From contig JAIYBN010000004.1 in NCBI GenBank assembly GCA_027488515.1, positions 177,252 to 241,251 of the forward strand: a DNA stretch of 64,000 bases, in the 5' to 3' direction. Positions 16,405 to 25,983 of this stretch are shown here, piece by piece. Each line of letters starts with the position of its first letter. Position 1 is the stretch's first letter. Under the pieces are notes generated by a model that saw nothing but the letters and a program-made list of their open reading frames with translations, did not search any database and had not been told where the DNA came from. Both the position numbers and the translations under genes were made by a program. The DNA is from Pseudomonadota bacterium. Lineage in GTDB: Bacteria > Bdellovibrionota > UBA1018 > CAIMNF01.

Positions 16405-19400
16405 TCAAACCCCGAGCAGGTACTCGAAATCACTCTGTGACAGCGAGAGTGACCCACCTTCCGGCATTTCCTTGTCCACGTTCTCGACATCGGAGAACAA
16501 CGAGTTGAACTGCGTGGACTTCCGGCTCTTCAAGATTTCGATCTTCTCCTCGACCGACTCGCTCATGATGTAACGGTACACCTGGACGGGTTTGGTCTGC
16601 CCGATCCGGTGGGTCCGGTCCGTGGCCTGGTTCTCGACCGCCGGGTTCCACCAGGGCTCGAGGTGGAAAACATAGCTCGCTTTGGTGAGGTTGAGACCGA
16701 CACCGCCGGTTTTCAAAGTCATGAGCATGACCCCGCCACCCTGATGCTCCTGGAAGCTCCTGAGTTGGTTTTCACGCTCTTTCCTGCCCACCTTGCCGTG
16801 CATGGCGAAGAAGGGGATGCCTTCTTTCTTCATCGCCTCGGCGAGCAGGTTGAAGGTTCCGAGGAACTGGGTGAACACCAAGGCGCTTTCCCCGGTTTCG
16901 ATGATGCCCTTCAAGTTGTCGATCAGGAGATTCAGTTTGGGCGGAGTCTCCTTGTAGTCCACATTCGGGATGGAGCTCGGAGCGGAGCACACCTGGCGCA
17001 GGCGCAGGAGTGCGGTCAGCATGATGAGCTGGCTCTTCGCCTCGCCCCCTTCGGTGATGGCTTCACGAACCTTGCTGTTCCAGGAAAGTGCGATGTCACG
17101 GTAGATCGCCAGCTGCTTCTCGGTGAACGGGATCTTGACCGTGCTCTCCTGTTTCTGGGGGAGCTCCTTCAGGATCGAAGACTTGTTCCGACGCAACACC
17201 AGCGGCCTGGTTTTCATTTTTAGGTACTGGATACGCTCCGGTTCAGGTGCGTAGGATTGCATGTAGGTTTTCCGGAATTGATCGTAACCCCCGAGGCAGC
17301 CCGGAACGACCAGATCCATCAATGAGAAGAACTCACCCATGTGATTTTCGAGCGGGGTACCGGTGAGGGCCAGTTTGAATCGGGCAGGAAGTTTGCGGGA
17401 CACAGTGGTTCGCTTGGCGGTGATGGTTTTCAGGTTCTGGGCCTCGTCGTACACATGGACCGTCCAGCGATAGCTCGAGAAGAAAGCCTCATGCTCCGCG
17501 AGAAGCCCGTAGGTGCAGATGATCATTCCCTGAGGATGAGTGTCGAGGAACTCCTTGGCTTTCTGGATCTCACGGGATTGGAAAATGTGGATCGGAAGAT
17601 CGGGGGTGAAGCGGGTCGCTTCGCTGAACCAGTTGTAAGTGAGTGAAGTGGGAACCACGATCAGGCTGTGTCCGAGACCGTTCGTTTCCCTCAACAATTC
17701 GAGGAACACGAGTGTCTGTACCGTCTTACCCAGACCCATGTCGTCTGCGAGGATCCCGCCGAGTCCGAGCCGGTAAAGATCATGGATCCATTGGACTCCC
17801 CGGTTCTGGTAGGGCTTCAAGTCCCCTTTGAAGTGTTTCGGCAAGGGAAGCGGAGGACGATCCTCGTTCAGAGAATCGTAGAACTTAACGATTTCCTCCC
17901 AGATCGGTCCACCCTTCACCCGGACACCGGAGGCCCGGAGCGCGAGCAGTTCGAGCGTTGAATGCTTGGGAAGACGGTAGATCCGGTCGGTCTTGCGTTG
18001 CCCACGTTTCCCGCCGGCGTTACCTGCGAGTTGATCCCAGAACAGTGCGAGTTTTTCGAGGGAGGGAATCGAGGCCTTGTTGAGCCTGTAAATCTTGCCT
18101 TGGAAGGTGAGCATCCCGCTCTCTGACAGTTTCCGGGCCTGTTCCTCGTCGATCTCCACGCCTTTGAAGAAGAACTTGGGTTGGAGCTCGAACCAGTCGA
18201 TCCGACCTTCTTGATCCTGTTTTTCGTCGAGGACGAACTCCGAGACGAAATCACTCTCTTCCAGTTCCTCGATGGACTGTCCGTCCAAGGAAAGCGTGAC
18301 ACCTTCGTTCTGGAGCGGGAGGAATGCACGGATCAGGGTTTCAGCACCGGGTTGTTTGCGGTTGAAAACGATTTTGAAGTGCTCCCCGTGCCGGCCCGTC
18401 TCCGGAACCCATCCGAGATCGGGCATCTGACCGGGGTCTTTGAATCCCGGGTTCTGGATGACCGGTGTCTTCAGGTCCAGACTTTTGGTGCCACTTTCAC
18501 GTTGAGTGCGGGCGATCCAGGCATAGATGAGCTTCAGGTAGAACGGATACGCTCCCGACACCAGCAAAGACTTGCCGGGGAGGATCAGCGGGAGCGTTTT
18601 TTCCTGCCAAAGATCCTCAAGGGAGAGCGTGTAGTTCCGCAGGTACTCGATCGCGGCTTTCGAACAGAAAAGCTCGAGCGACATGCGTGCGGAGCTCGGG
18701 GTCTCCAACTTGGAATTGAACAGGTTCACGATCCGCTTCTTCAGGATCTCGAAGAAAGCATCGAACGGACGGTCTTTTTTCAGAAGGTAACGGACGGTTT
18801 CGAGTTGGACCAGCGCAGCCACGCCGGGCTGGTTGAGGAGGTCCCGATCGAACGAGCGCTTGGCCTGTTTCCGGGTGTCTGAAAGTCCCTCAGCGAGTTC
18901 CGGTTTCCACGATTCGATTCCGTCACAGAGGATTTTCAGTTGGGCGAGCACCGGCCCGGGAAGCCCTTCGACGACCGTTCCTTCGAAATCCAACTCCACC
19001 GAGAAGGTGCCGTTCGAAAACACCCGGATCTGGGGTTGGAAGGATTCGGCCCGTACCGATTTGAAGGGTGGATGGGCATGGATTTCCCCCATGCTCACAC
19101 CGAAATCATCCTGGATCAGATTGAAGACACTTTCGAACTCACGATGTCCGCCCAGCACGGTTTCAGCGGGGTAGCGTTCGAGCCAACGGTGGAAAGAGTG
19201 GAAGAAAAGCGCCCGTTTTCCGGGATGCAAGGCGAACGTGGGGAACCAGGTCCACTCGGGGTGGAGATCGAGCCTCACCCGTGTCGCAAGTTTTTCAGGA
19301 TGTTCCCCGTTTGCGGCTTCGAAATGGAAACCCGACTTCAGCGAGGAGGGAGGGGCGAAATCCACGCTCTCGAGAGGAAGAACACGTCCGGAGGTGTCGA

Positions 19401-20415
19401 GCACTTCCGAATGGGAGAAGTAGAGGTTCAGCTTGCCCCGTTTGGCCAGTCGGGAGGCGGCCTCGGTGATCGAAAGCAAGATCGAGTCGAGGCGGTCTTC
19501 TTTGGCTTTGTCGGAAAGAACCGGGTCACTCACTGAATCGGACTGTCTCGGAAAGAACCGGTTCGAGGTGAGATCCTGGAACGTGGGGCTGATACTGGAT
19601 CCAACCGGGTGCAGCTCGCCCGGAACCAGTGTGCAGAACTTGTGGTAGAGGATGTCCGAAACCGGGAGTCGCGTTCCATCGGAAAACAGGTAAACGAGAC
19701 TCTTCTTCTTGGCGAGCATCCAGTCCTGGGACTTCTGGAAGAGTGCGTAAGATCCGCCTTGTGCATCGAGAGGGGAGATCCACCTCGGATGAGGAAGGTC
19801 GGAGTGGGAATAAAACTGGATTGCCGGCCTCGGCAAAAGACTTTCGCGGTAAGGGTGGCTCTCCGGCAGGGCGATCCACTCACCCGTGGGAAGATCCTCA
19901 CCTTTCAAGCGTTGTTCGGGAAGGCACAGGACCAAGCCGGTGAAGGTGACGCCGAGATCGGGATGGGTCAGGTATTCACGATCCCGATGCAAAATCGTCT
20001 GGGGCTGGGGAGCCGAGGAACTCTTGAGCTTCTGGAATTCTTCCTCGTAGGTCTGGACGATCCGGAGGATTTCCGGATCCACCCGGTTCAGCTCGTATTG
20101 TTTCCGGGCTAGAGTCATGGTGACCCACGCCGCGATCGCCTGGTGTTTGCAAAGCTTGGCCGATTGGGCCATGTAGCAGTTGCACTCGGAGTACAGGGGT
20201 TGCGAAGAGGTCGTCATGTCGATTCGGGCGGAACAATCCTCATCGAGTGCGAATTGGATCTGGAATCCTCTCGATCCGACCACCGCCACTTCCAGTCCGC
20301 GGAATCCCCCTTCGCGGAGGTATTGGAGGCCTCGCTCCAGAGCGGACGGGTCCAGCTTCTTGGTCAACGCGTCGGGACCAAGGCGTTTCAGATCCTGGAG
20401 TGAGGGAAGTTGCAT
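16405..20415 (-). CDS. SWIM zinc-finger + SNF2-family (Rad54/RapA-like) helicase, 1336 aa
   Basis: N-terminal SWIM CxC...CxH (CNCYMAQSAKLCKHQAIAAW). SNF2_N motifs ILADDMGLGKTVQTL and DEAQNLK. Helicase-C motifs HLEPWWNPAVENQATDRTHRIGQTKPVQVYRY. Confidence 0.85.
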   Translation of the reverse strand: MQLPSLQDLKRLGPDALTKKLDPSALERGLQYLREGGFRGLEVAVVGSRGFQIQFALDEDCSARIDMTTSSQPLYSECNCYMAQSAKLCKHQAIAAWVTMTLARKQYELNRVDPEILRIVQTYEEEFQKLKSSSAPQPQTILHRDREYLTHPDLGVTFTGLVLCLPEQRLKGEDLPTGEWIALPESHPYRESLLPRPAIQFYSHSDLPHPRWISPLDAQGGSYALFQKSQDWMLAKKKSLVYLFSDGTRLPVSDILYHKFCTLVPGELHPVGSSISPTFQDLTSNRFFPRQSDSVSDPVLSDKAKEDRLDSILLSITEAASRLAKRGKLNLYFSHSEVLDTSGRVLPLESVDFAPPSSLKSGFHFEAANGEHPEKLATRVRLDLHPEWTWFPTFALHPGKRALFFHSFHRWLERYPAETVLGGHREFESVFNLIQDDFGVSMGEIHAHPPFKSVRAESFQPQIRVFSNGTFSVELDFEGTVVEGLPGPVLAQLKILCDGIESWKPELAEGLSDTRKQAKRSFDRDLLNQPGVAALVQLETVRYLLKKDRPFDAFFEILKKRIVNLFNSKLETPSSARMSLELFCSKAAIEYLRNYTLSLEDLWQEKTLPLILPGKSLLVSGAYPFYLKLIYAWIARTQRESGTKSLDLKTPVIQNPGFKDPGQMPDLGWVPETGRHGEHFKIVFNRKQPGAETLIRAFLPLQNEGVTLSLDGQSIEELEESDFVSEFVLDEKQDQEGRIDWFELQPKFFFKGVEIDEEQARKLSESGMLTFQGKIYRLNKASIPSLEKLALFWDQLAGNAGGKRGQRKTDRIYRLPKHSTLELLALRASGVRVKGGPIWEEIVKFYDSLNEDRPPLPLPKHFKGDLKPYQNRGVQWIHDLYRLGLGGILADDMGLGKTVQTLVFLELLRETNGLGHSLIVVPTSLTYNWFSEATRFTPDLPIHIFQSREIQKAKEFLDTHPQGMIICTYGLLAEHEAFFSSYRWTVHVYDEAQNLKTITAKRTTVSRKLPARFKLALTGTPLENHMGEFFSLMDLVVPGCLGGYDQFRKTYMQSYAPEPERIQYLKMKTRPLVLRRNKSSILKELPQKQESTVKIPFTEKQLAIYRDIALSWNSKVREAITEGGEAKSQLIMLTALLRLRQVCSAPSSIPNVDYKETPPKLNLLIDNLKGIIETGESALVFTQFLGTFNLLAEAMKKEGIPFFAMHGKVGRKERENQLRSFQEHQGGGVMLMTLKTGGVGLNLTKASYVFHLEPWWNPAVENQATDRTHRIGQTKPVQVYRYIMSESVEEKIEILKSRKSTQFNSLFSDVENVDKEMPEGGSLSLSQSDFEYLLGV

Positions 20416-20511
20416 TGGTCATAATTGTGACTGATCGGATGGAGGGATTCAAGAGATAAATTGCGGTCTTGCATCCGCGGAGGAACAGGAAAACAATGGG
20501 AGAAAAGGAGA

Positions 20512-20832
20512 ATGCAGATGAAGATTGAAAGAAGGAATTTCCTGAAAACTCTCGTAGTGGGTGGTGTGGCACTGGCGGTGGCCCCTGTTCTCCGCATCCG
20601 TGACGCAATCGCAGATCTGGTGAAAGCCGATGATCCCCTCGTCGTCGCATTGGGTTATGTGGCGGTTGCCAAGAACTCCAAGGACCGCAAGGACAAGAAA
20701 GCGAATTGCAAGAACTGTCAATTTTACTCTGACACCACCGGTAAGGAAAAGCAGGCCAAGTGCCAGTTGATCCCGAGCGGCGAAGTGGCTGCCGAGGGAT
20801 GGTGCCGTTCTTACTCCAAGCGTAAGGCTTGA
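20512..20832 (+). CDS. high-potential iron-sulfur protein (HiPIP) with Tat signal
   Basis: Twin-arginine signal ERRNFLKTLVVGGVALAVAP. Mature part ALGYVAVAK...CKNCQFY...KCQLIPSG...EGWCRSY matches the HiPIP four-Cys pattern CxxC...C...WC. RBS AAAGGAGA. Confidence 0.8.
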   Translation: MQMKIERRNFLKTLVVGGVALAVAPVLRIRDAIADLVKADDPLVVALGYVAVAKNSKDRKDKKANCKNCQFYSDTTGKEKQAKCQLIPSGEVAAEGWCRSYSKRKA

Positions 20833-23447
20833 TGCAGAACCCTTGGATGGAGCAGATCCGGGAGTGGGGTGACGACCCCACTCCCGAAAACGCCCGTAAT
20901 CTGATTCGCGCTTTCCGGCAGTGCGAGTCCGGCGAAGTCAGGCTCGAGGTGTTGAGCCTGCTCGGGCGGTGCCGCGATCCCCGTTCGCACCGGTTTCTGG
21001 TCGACTTGGTCCGATCCGGGAAGGACTTGGCGGAGCGGGAGTTCGCTGTCCGTTCGATCGGAAGGCGGGGAGGCCCCGCCTCCAGGAGAATTCTGTCGCG
21101 TCTCTGGGACGAGGTGCCATCGTCCTTGGAGTGTTCAGTGATCACGGCTTTGGGGCATGCCCGGGTTTTCGGTGCCGTGCCGAGCTTGTCCGTGCGTCTG
21201 GAGTCAGCGGTCCAGGATCGTGACCGGTCTGTTTTGAAGGCGATTGTCGTCGCACTGGGCGAGTTGAAAGGTGTTTCCGCCCTCGGCTCATTGAGGGCCT
21301 TGTTGGAGCTCGATTGGGTGCGCTCGGAGCGGGATCTTTCCCTGCCGGTCCTGTTTGCATGGGGGCGCTTGGGACGTGATCCGGGATTTTTGGAACCTTA
21401 CGGGCGATTCTTCAGAGAGGATCCTTTTTCCTGGCAGGTGTTCGAAAGCGCTTTGAACCAGGTTCAACTCCGGAGTCAGGTCCGGATCGAAGACTATCTG
21501 CACCGGGTGTTCCATTCTCCTGATCCTCATCCGAGTCTGCCTCTTGAACTCCGCGCCTTCGATCCGGAAGAGCTGGCGGCCGGATTGTCCGTGTTCGACC
21601 GGAGCGTCCACTGGCGCCGTCACCTTTTCTGTTTGAGGGCCCTCGATGCCCGGGCTCAAAGACGTTTGTTCGAAGGTTGGGTGATTCCGGAGTCCGACCG
21701 GGACGGGTTCTTGTCTGCGCTCGCCGATCTCGATGAGGTGGAGGATCCTGCGATGATGCTCCGGGAGCTCGATCACTCCATGCCCGGATGGTGCGATTCT
21801 CCGGACAGGCGTTCGGCGCGGATTGCCGCCGTTCCGCAAACGGTGGACTGGATCGCCGAAGCCCGTCGTTTTGCGGGTGAAGATGAAAAGCGTGTCATCC
21901 TCCTTTTGAATCAATGGAGTGATTGGAGTCCGGTACTGTCCGACGAGGAGCGATCCAGAGTTCACGATGGTTGGGTTCCGTTCGTCCGGACCTCCGGGGC
22001 GAAAGCCCGTTTGTGCCGTTCGGCAGGAGAGTCCGGTCAAAGTGTCCCCGCTTTGAATCGCGTATTGGTCGATTGGTTCTCGGATCCGATGGTCCGGGAC
22101 AGTGCCTTGATCTTCGCTGAAAAAACAGGTTCCCCGCTCCTTTTGGACGGGGTGACGGCCCTTTCTCCTGCGGATCGATCTCCCCACTTGGGCGGGATTT
22201 TGCGGTACCTGGAGGCCATGTTGCGTGTCCGGTCGGATGAGCGGTTGTCGGGAGCGGTGAAGTCGATCCTCTCTGAAGCGAGCGGAATCGGATCCGAAGA
22301 GGTCAAATTGGCGGCACTTCGGGTGCTTCAACTTCTTCCGCTTCCGGATTACGAGAGTCAGGTGGTTTCACTGGTCGAGGACCGCGATCAACAGGTGGGA
22401 CTCCAAGCCGTGATGGCACTGCGAGGCTACCCGGATTCCGTCCGGGCTGTTGCCGTTCTGGGTGCATGCCTGGATTCGCCCGTGCCTGCGTTGCGGGAAC
22501 GCGCTCTCGAGGCCTTGTGTGTATCGCGCGTTCCGGCGGCTCGATCCTTCCTTCTTTCCCACCTCGCGAAAAATGCCCGCGATGAATCAGTGGTGGACAG
22601 GGTATTTCGTGGGTTGCTGCCCGGTTTTTCAGATGATCTCGATACCGCACGCATCCTCGGCGAAATTCTCGCAGCCGACCGTTCCAACCCCCAGTCGACC
22701 AGGCTGGAGGAGGTTCTCGGACGGTTCACGCTGAAATCAATCGTGTCCCGCCAGACCAATTCCGAGATGGAGCAGATTGATTCCAGGCTCCGGAGTGCGA
22801 TTCCCCGTTTTGACGAATTGGACGGGACGATCCAGCTGGCATTGAGGGCGGCGGAGCAACCGTTTTTGCAGTCGGGTCTTTTGGAGCGTCTTCCCATCGA
22901 CAAGGCTCCCACCGTCCTGCAGTACTGCAAGGCCATCGACCTCGTCCTGGACCGGTATCTCGGGCAACAGCTCCTGTTTCCGAAAATCGATTCTGCATTG
23001 CCGGAGTTCCAGCAGATCTGGCACCGTTTGGGGTTCGTGGAAGAATATCCTCTGGTGGACCGGGTGATTTTCATCACCGGGTTGAAAGGGCGGGTGGCCC
23101 CCGAGCACTTTCCCTTGCACAAGGCGAAGATGATGTGTGGGACCTTCTTCAACGGTCGGATCATGCAGGATCGCTACAAGGTGTTCGACGGACTCCGGGC
23201 GTGGGCTGTGATTTTTTTGCTTTTCACCCGCAAGATTCCCGGTAAAGACGGCGGAGTGGGGCCGTTGGTCACACTTCGTGATGCGGAAGAAGCCGATTGC
23301 GTGAAAGTGGCGGTCAAACTGATGAACCTCCAGGATCTCAGAAACCCGGCCGCGCATCGACAGACTTATCCGGATCTGGATTCGGTCCGGGCGGTCCGGG
23401 AGGATTCGCTCGATCTGGTGAACCGGATTCTGAAGTGGGTCCTTTAA
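20832..23447 (+). CDS. HEAT/PBS-lyase-repeat protein (872 aa) with C-terminal HEPN-like RNxxAH motif
   Basis: ATG overlaps the HiPIP stop (TGATG). Repeated helical HEAT-like units, e.g. VRAVAVLGACLDSPVPALRERALEALC. The last roughly 110 aa are helical and contain LQDLRNPAAHRQ, which fits R-x4-6-H / RNxxxH. The HEPN assignment is inference. Confidence 0.65.
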   Translation: MQNPWMEQIREWGDDPTPENARNLIRAFRQCESGEVRLEVLSLLGRCRDPRSHRFLVDLVRSGKDLAEREFAVRSIGRRGGPASRRILSRLWDEVPSSLECSVITALGHARVFGAVPSLSVRLESAVQDRDRSVLKAIVVALGELKGVSALGSLRALLELDWVRSERDLSLPVLFAWGRLGRDPGFLEPYGRFFREDPFSWQVFESALNQVQLRSQVRIEDYLHRVFHSPDPHPSLPLELRAFDPEELAAGLSVFDRSVHWRRHLFCLRALDARAQRRLFEGWVIPESDRDGFLSALADLDEVEDPAMMLRELDHSMPGWCDSPDRRSARIAAVPQTVDWIAEARRFAGEDEKRVILLLNQWSDWSPVLSDEERSRVHDGWVPFVRTSGAKARLCRSAGESGQSVPALNRVLVDWFSDPMVRDSALIFAEKTGSPLLLDGVTALSPADRSPHLGGILRYLEAMLRVRSDERLSGAVKSILSEASGIGSEEVKLAALRVLQLLPLPDYESQVVSLVEDRDQQVGLQAVMALRGYPDSVRAVAVLGACLDSPVPALRERALEALCVSRVPAARSFLLSHLAKNARDESVVDRVFRGLLPGFSDDLDTARILGEILAADRSNPQSTRLEEVLGRFTLKSIVSRQTNSEMEQIDSRLRSAIPRFDELDGTIQLALRAAEQPFLQSGLLERLPIDKAPTVLQYCKAIDLVLDRYLGQQLLFPKIDSALPEFQQIWHRLGFVEEYPLVDRVIFITGLKGRVAPEHFPLHKAKMMCGTFFNGRIMQDRYKVFDGLRAWAVIFLLFTRKIPGKDGGVGPLVTLRDAEEADCVKVAVKLMNLQDLRNPAAHRQTYPDLDSVRAVREDSLDLVNRILKWVL

Positions 23448-24454
23448 GGTCCTGTAAATGTCCTGAGCACGGCTTCCAAAGCACGGTTCCGGTGGAGGTC
23501 GCTTTCGGCGAACACTTCGTGTCGGGAGCCTTCGAGCACGATGGCGTTGCACTTCGCTTCCGGACTTCCACAAATCCGGATGAGTTCTTCCGGGACGGCG
23601 TAGCTGTCATCGGTCGGCACCAGCATGGTCACGGGTCGCTGAAGTTGAGATGCATCCCGGGCAATCCGCTCCGATGCATCCAGTGCCGCATTCACCCAGG
23701 AGTTGGTCGGTCCGCCCACCCATCGATCCGGGTACAATCGGGCCAGTCTTTGTTCAAAGGCGTAGCGGAAGGTGCTTGAAGTGCCCCGGTTCGATTCGAA
23801 GGGGCGCTCCGGATCCCGTGGACCTTTGGTCGGAGCGTATCGTTCCCCGAGGCCAAGGGTGACCAGAAACGAGGTGATCACCCGGGCAATGGGGCGGGGA
23901 AAAGGATCCGTCCGGATGGCCAACATCGGAGCGTTGACGACGATCCGACCCAGCTGCGGGTTCGCATGCTTCCCGGCCCAATCGAGTGCCAGCGCGCCTC
24001 CCATCGAATGCGCAAGCACATGCATCCTTCGCTTCGGTGCGACTTCCAGGAAGCGACTGAGGTCCGATACGTGGTCTTCGAAGTGTTCAAGATGGACGGC
24101 GTCCGGATTGCTGCGGGCCAGGCGGGGAGAGGTGCCCTGTCCCCGATGATCGTAGGTGAGGATCTCGTACCCCCTCCGGTGGAGGTCATGGAGCAGCTCG
24201 ATGTACTTGAGCCAGGGTTCCGAAAACCCGGGAAGGAAAAGCACGGTTTCGGTCGCAGACCGGTTCGGAAACCGGATTCCTTTCAAAGAGAGTCCGTCCT
24301 CGCTCCGGAAATCGATCGGAACTCCGGTGAGGAAAAAGGGTTCGAGGGTGGTTTTCCAAGCGTCGCCCCCGAGAGTTTGCTCTGGTAATGCCAGGGCGGG
24401 AATCGGTCGGGCCAGGAGCAACCATCCGATCCAGAGGATCATCCAGCGTCGCAT
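23444..24454 (-). CDS. secreted alpha/beta-hydrolase (lysophospholipase/monoacylglycerol-lipase-like)
   Basis: Signal peptide MRRWMILWIGWLLLARPIPALA. Nucleophile elbow HSMGG. Start at 24454, 3 nt after the upstream gene stop. The longer ORF-track start at 24754 is Arg/His-rich and judged non-coding. Confidence 0.7.
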   Translation of the reverse strand: MRRWMILWIGWLLLARPIPALALPEQTLGGDAWKTTLEPFFLTGVPIDFRSEDGLSLKGIRFPNRSATETVLFLPGFSEPWLKYIELLHDLHRRGYEILTYDHRGQGTSPRLARSNPDAVHLEHFEDHVSDLSRFLEVAPKRRMHVLAHSMGGALALDWAGKHANPQLGRIVVNAPMLAIRTDPFPRPIARVITSFLVTLGLGERYAPTKGPRDPERPFESNRGTSSTFRYAFEQRLARLYPDRWVGGPTNSWVNAALDASERIARDASQLQRPVTMLVPTDDSYAVPEELIRICGSPEAKCNAIVLEGSRHEVFAESDLHRNRALEAVLRTFTGP

Positions 24455-24456
24455 GA

Positions 24457-25266
24457 TCAGAACCCCACTCCGAGGAACGTTCCCATGGTGTGATATCCGG
24501 CGGAATCGAAGCTCCCCTCGATTCCCAATCTGAGTCCGGTGGCGCCCGGGATCCTGAACTTCACGCCGGTGAAGGCGTAGGCCGATCCGGCCGAGCCTGT
24601 TTTGGAAAGATCGGTACTGACGGTGAGGGGTCCCACGGTGGTCGTGACGGTGGCCTTCATGGTTCCGGAAACGAAACGTCCCCCGATCCCGATCCAACTT
24701 TCGGCAAAAGAGAGGGGTTGGGAAACGACCAGCTCGGGAGAGATCACCGTGCATCGATCGATGTAAAGCATGGGTATGGAAATCCAGGTGTAGAGCATCC
24801 TCAGCGCAAGCGAGGGGCCTTCCTCGGCAGAGACGAGTGAGAACTTCAAGTCCGCTCCATACACGGCCTGGCGCTTGAAGGTGAGGGCTGACAGGCCGAA
24901 TTCAGAGGATTCTCCGATGCTTTTCCGGAGGTGGGCCTTGATCATGGGAATGGCGGGAACCGCAGTCGCGTTCACGGGAATGCCGTTCGCAGTCAAAGCA
25001 TCCGGGAGGCCTTCTCCGATCTTGACCAAAGTGGTCTCGATGCCGAGATCTAGCAAGCTCCCGGTCGAGCGGGCGACCGCTCCCGAATAGGGACGGTGCG
25101 CGGCGTAAGATCCGACCAAAAGGAGAGCCTCGTCGGCGACGGCCTGCGGAATGGCGGATCCGAGCTGGTTGGGATCGAAGATGCCCGTGTCGAGAAATCC
25201 TGCACCTTCGGCCGGGCCCGACAGGATGGCGAGCAGGAAGGGCAGGATCAGCCAACGATCACGCAT
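24457..25266 (-). CDS. hypothetical secreted protein
   Basis: 269 aa. Signal peptide MRDRWLILPFLLAILSGPAEGAG. Gly/Ala/Ser-rich beta-type composition. No known motif recognised. Confidence 0.5.
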   Translation of the reverse strand: MRDRWLILPFLLAILSGPAEGAGFLDTGIFDPNQLGSAIPQAVADEALLLVGSYAAHRPYSGAVARSTGSLLDLGIETTLVKIGEGLPDALTANGIPVNATAVPAIPMIKAHLRKSIGESSEFGLSALTFKRQAVYGADLKFSLVSAEEGPSLALRMLYTWISIPMLYIDRCTVISPELVVSQPLSFAESWIGIGGRFVSGTMKATVTTTVGPLTVSTDLSKTGSAGSAYAFTGVKFRIPGATGLRLGIEGSFDSAGYHTMGTFLGVGF

Positions 25267-25921
25267 CCGTCTTTTTTTTCAGGTTCTTCAGGACGGAAAA
25301 CGGATTTTCGCGCAGGGGCTGTTCCGCCTCCCGGTGAAAAGAGCTCTGATTCCTTCCACACTTGGAGCAATCCCCTTTGTCATCAGCCTCGGGTTTGGGC
25401 TGCATCGGCAGGGTCAGCACGATCTGCTCGTGGAGGATCTCTTTCAGGTCTGCCAGAGGTTCCTTCACCACCGTGATCTCGAAGTCGGAAGCATTCAGGT
25501 TGAAGGGGGCTTCTTCGCCCTCGTCATCGTCTTCCTCGTCCGAGAGCCACTCCTGGAGTCCTTCGTCATGTTCGAAGTTGTTCTTCCGGGAAGATTCACG
25601 GGGGGCTTCCGCGTACATCTCGGTCTGGGTCAACAAAGTGTGGAATTGGAGCTGAATCGGGAACTGGAAAGCATCCGCGCACAGGGAACAGAGCAGGTAG
25701 AGGTTGGTCTTGGCCTTGCCTGAAACATGGATCAGGTCATCCACCCTGCGCAGCGTGAAGCTGACCTGGGTCGGCCGGGAGCGTGGTTTCCAGTTCGGTG
25801 GGCGTTGGATCCTGTCCATCCGTTCGTCCAGACTTCCGATGACATCCATCACCCAGGGCGTCGATTCGTCGAAATGGTAGTCGAGATCCTGGTCTTTGAT
25901 CTCATGGAAGTAGACTTTCAT
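25259..25921 (-). CDS. YceD/DUF177 family protein
   Basis: 220 aa with two Cys pairs (CSLCADAF ... CSKCGRN) and an acidic stretch, as in DUF177/YceD. It lies outside the canonical rpmF-plsX context. Confidence 0.65.
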   Translation of the reverse strand: MKVYFHEIKDQDLDYHFDESTPWVMDVIGSLDERMDRIQRPPNWKPRSRPTQVSFTLRRVDDLIHVSGKAKTNLYLLCSLCADAFQFPIQLQFHTLLTQTEMYAEAPRESSRKNNFEHDEGLQEWLSDEEDDDEGEEAPFNLNASDFEITVVKEPLADLKEILHEQIVLTLPMQPKPEADDKGDCSKCGRNQSSFHREAEQPLRENPFSVLKNLKKKTDA

Positions 25922-25983
25922 TTCCCTAGTTCTCGGACTTTATCCGTTGATCTGCAAGACCTATTTGGCTAAAATGGGCCATT

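Noticed and set aside
15322-16440. 372-aa + strand ORF
   Set aside because: Antisense shadow of the tyrosine recombinase gene.
22427-23573. Several 245-278-aa - strand ORFs
   Set aside because: Antisense shadows within the HEAT-repeat gene. Arg/Pro-rich nonsense.
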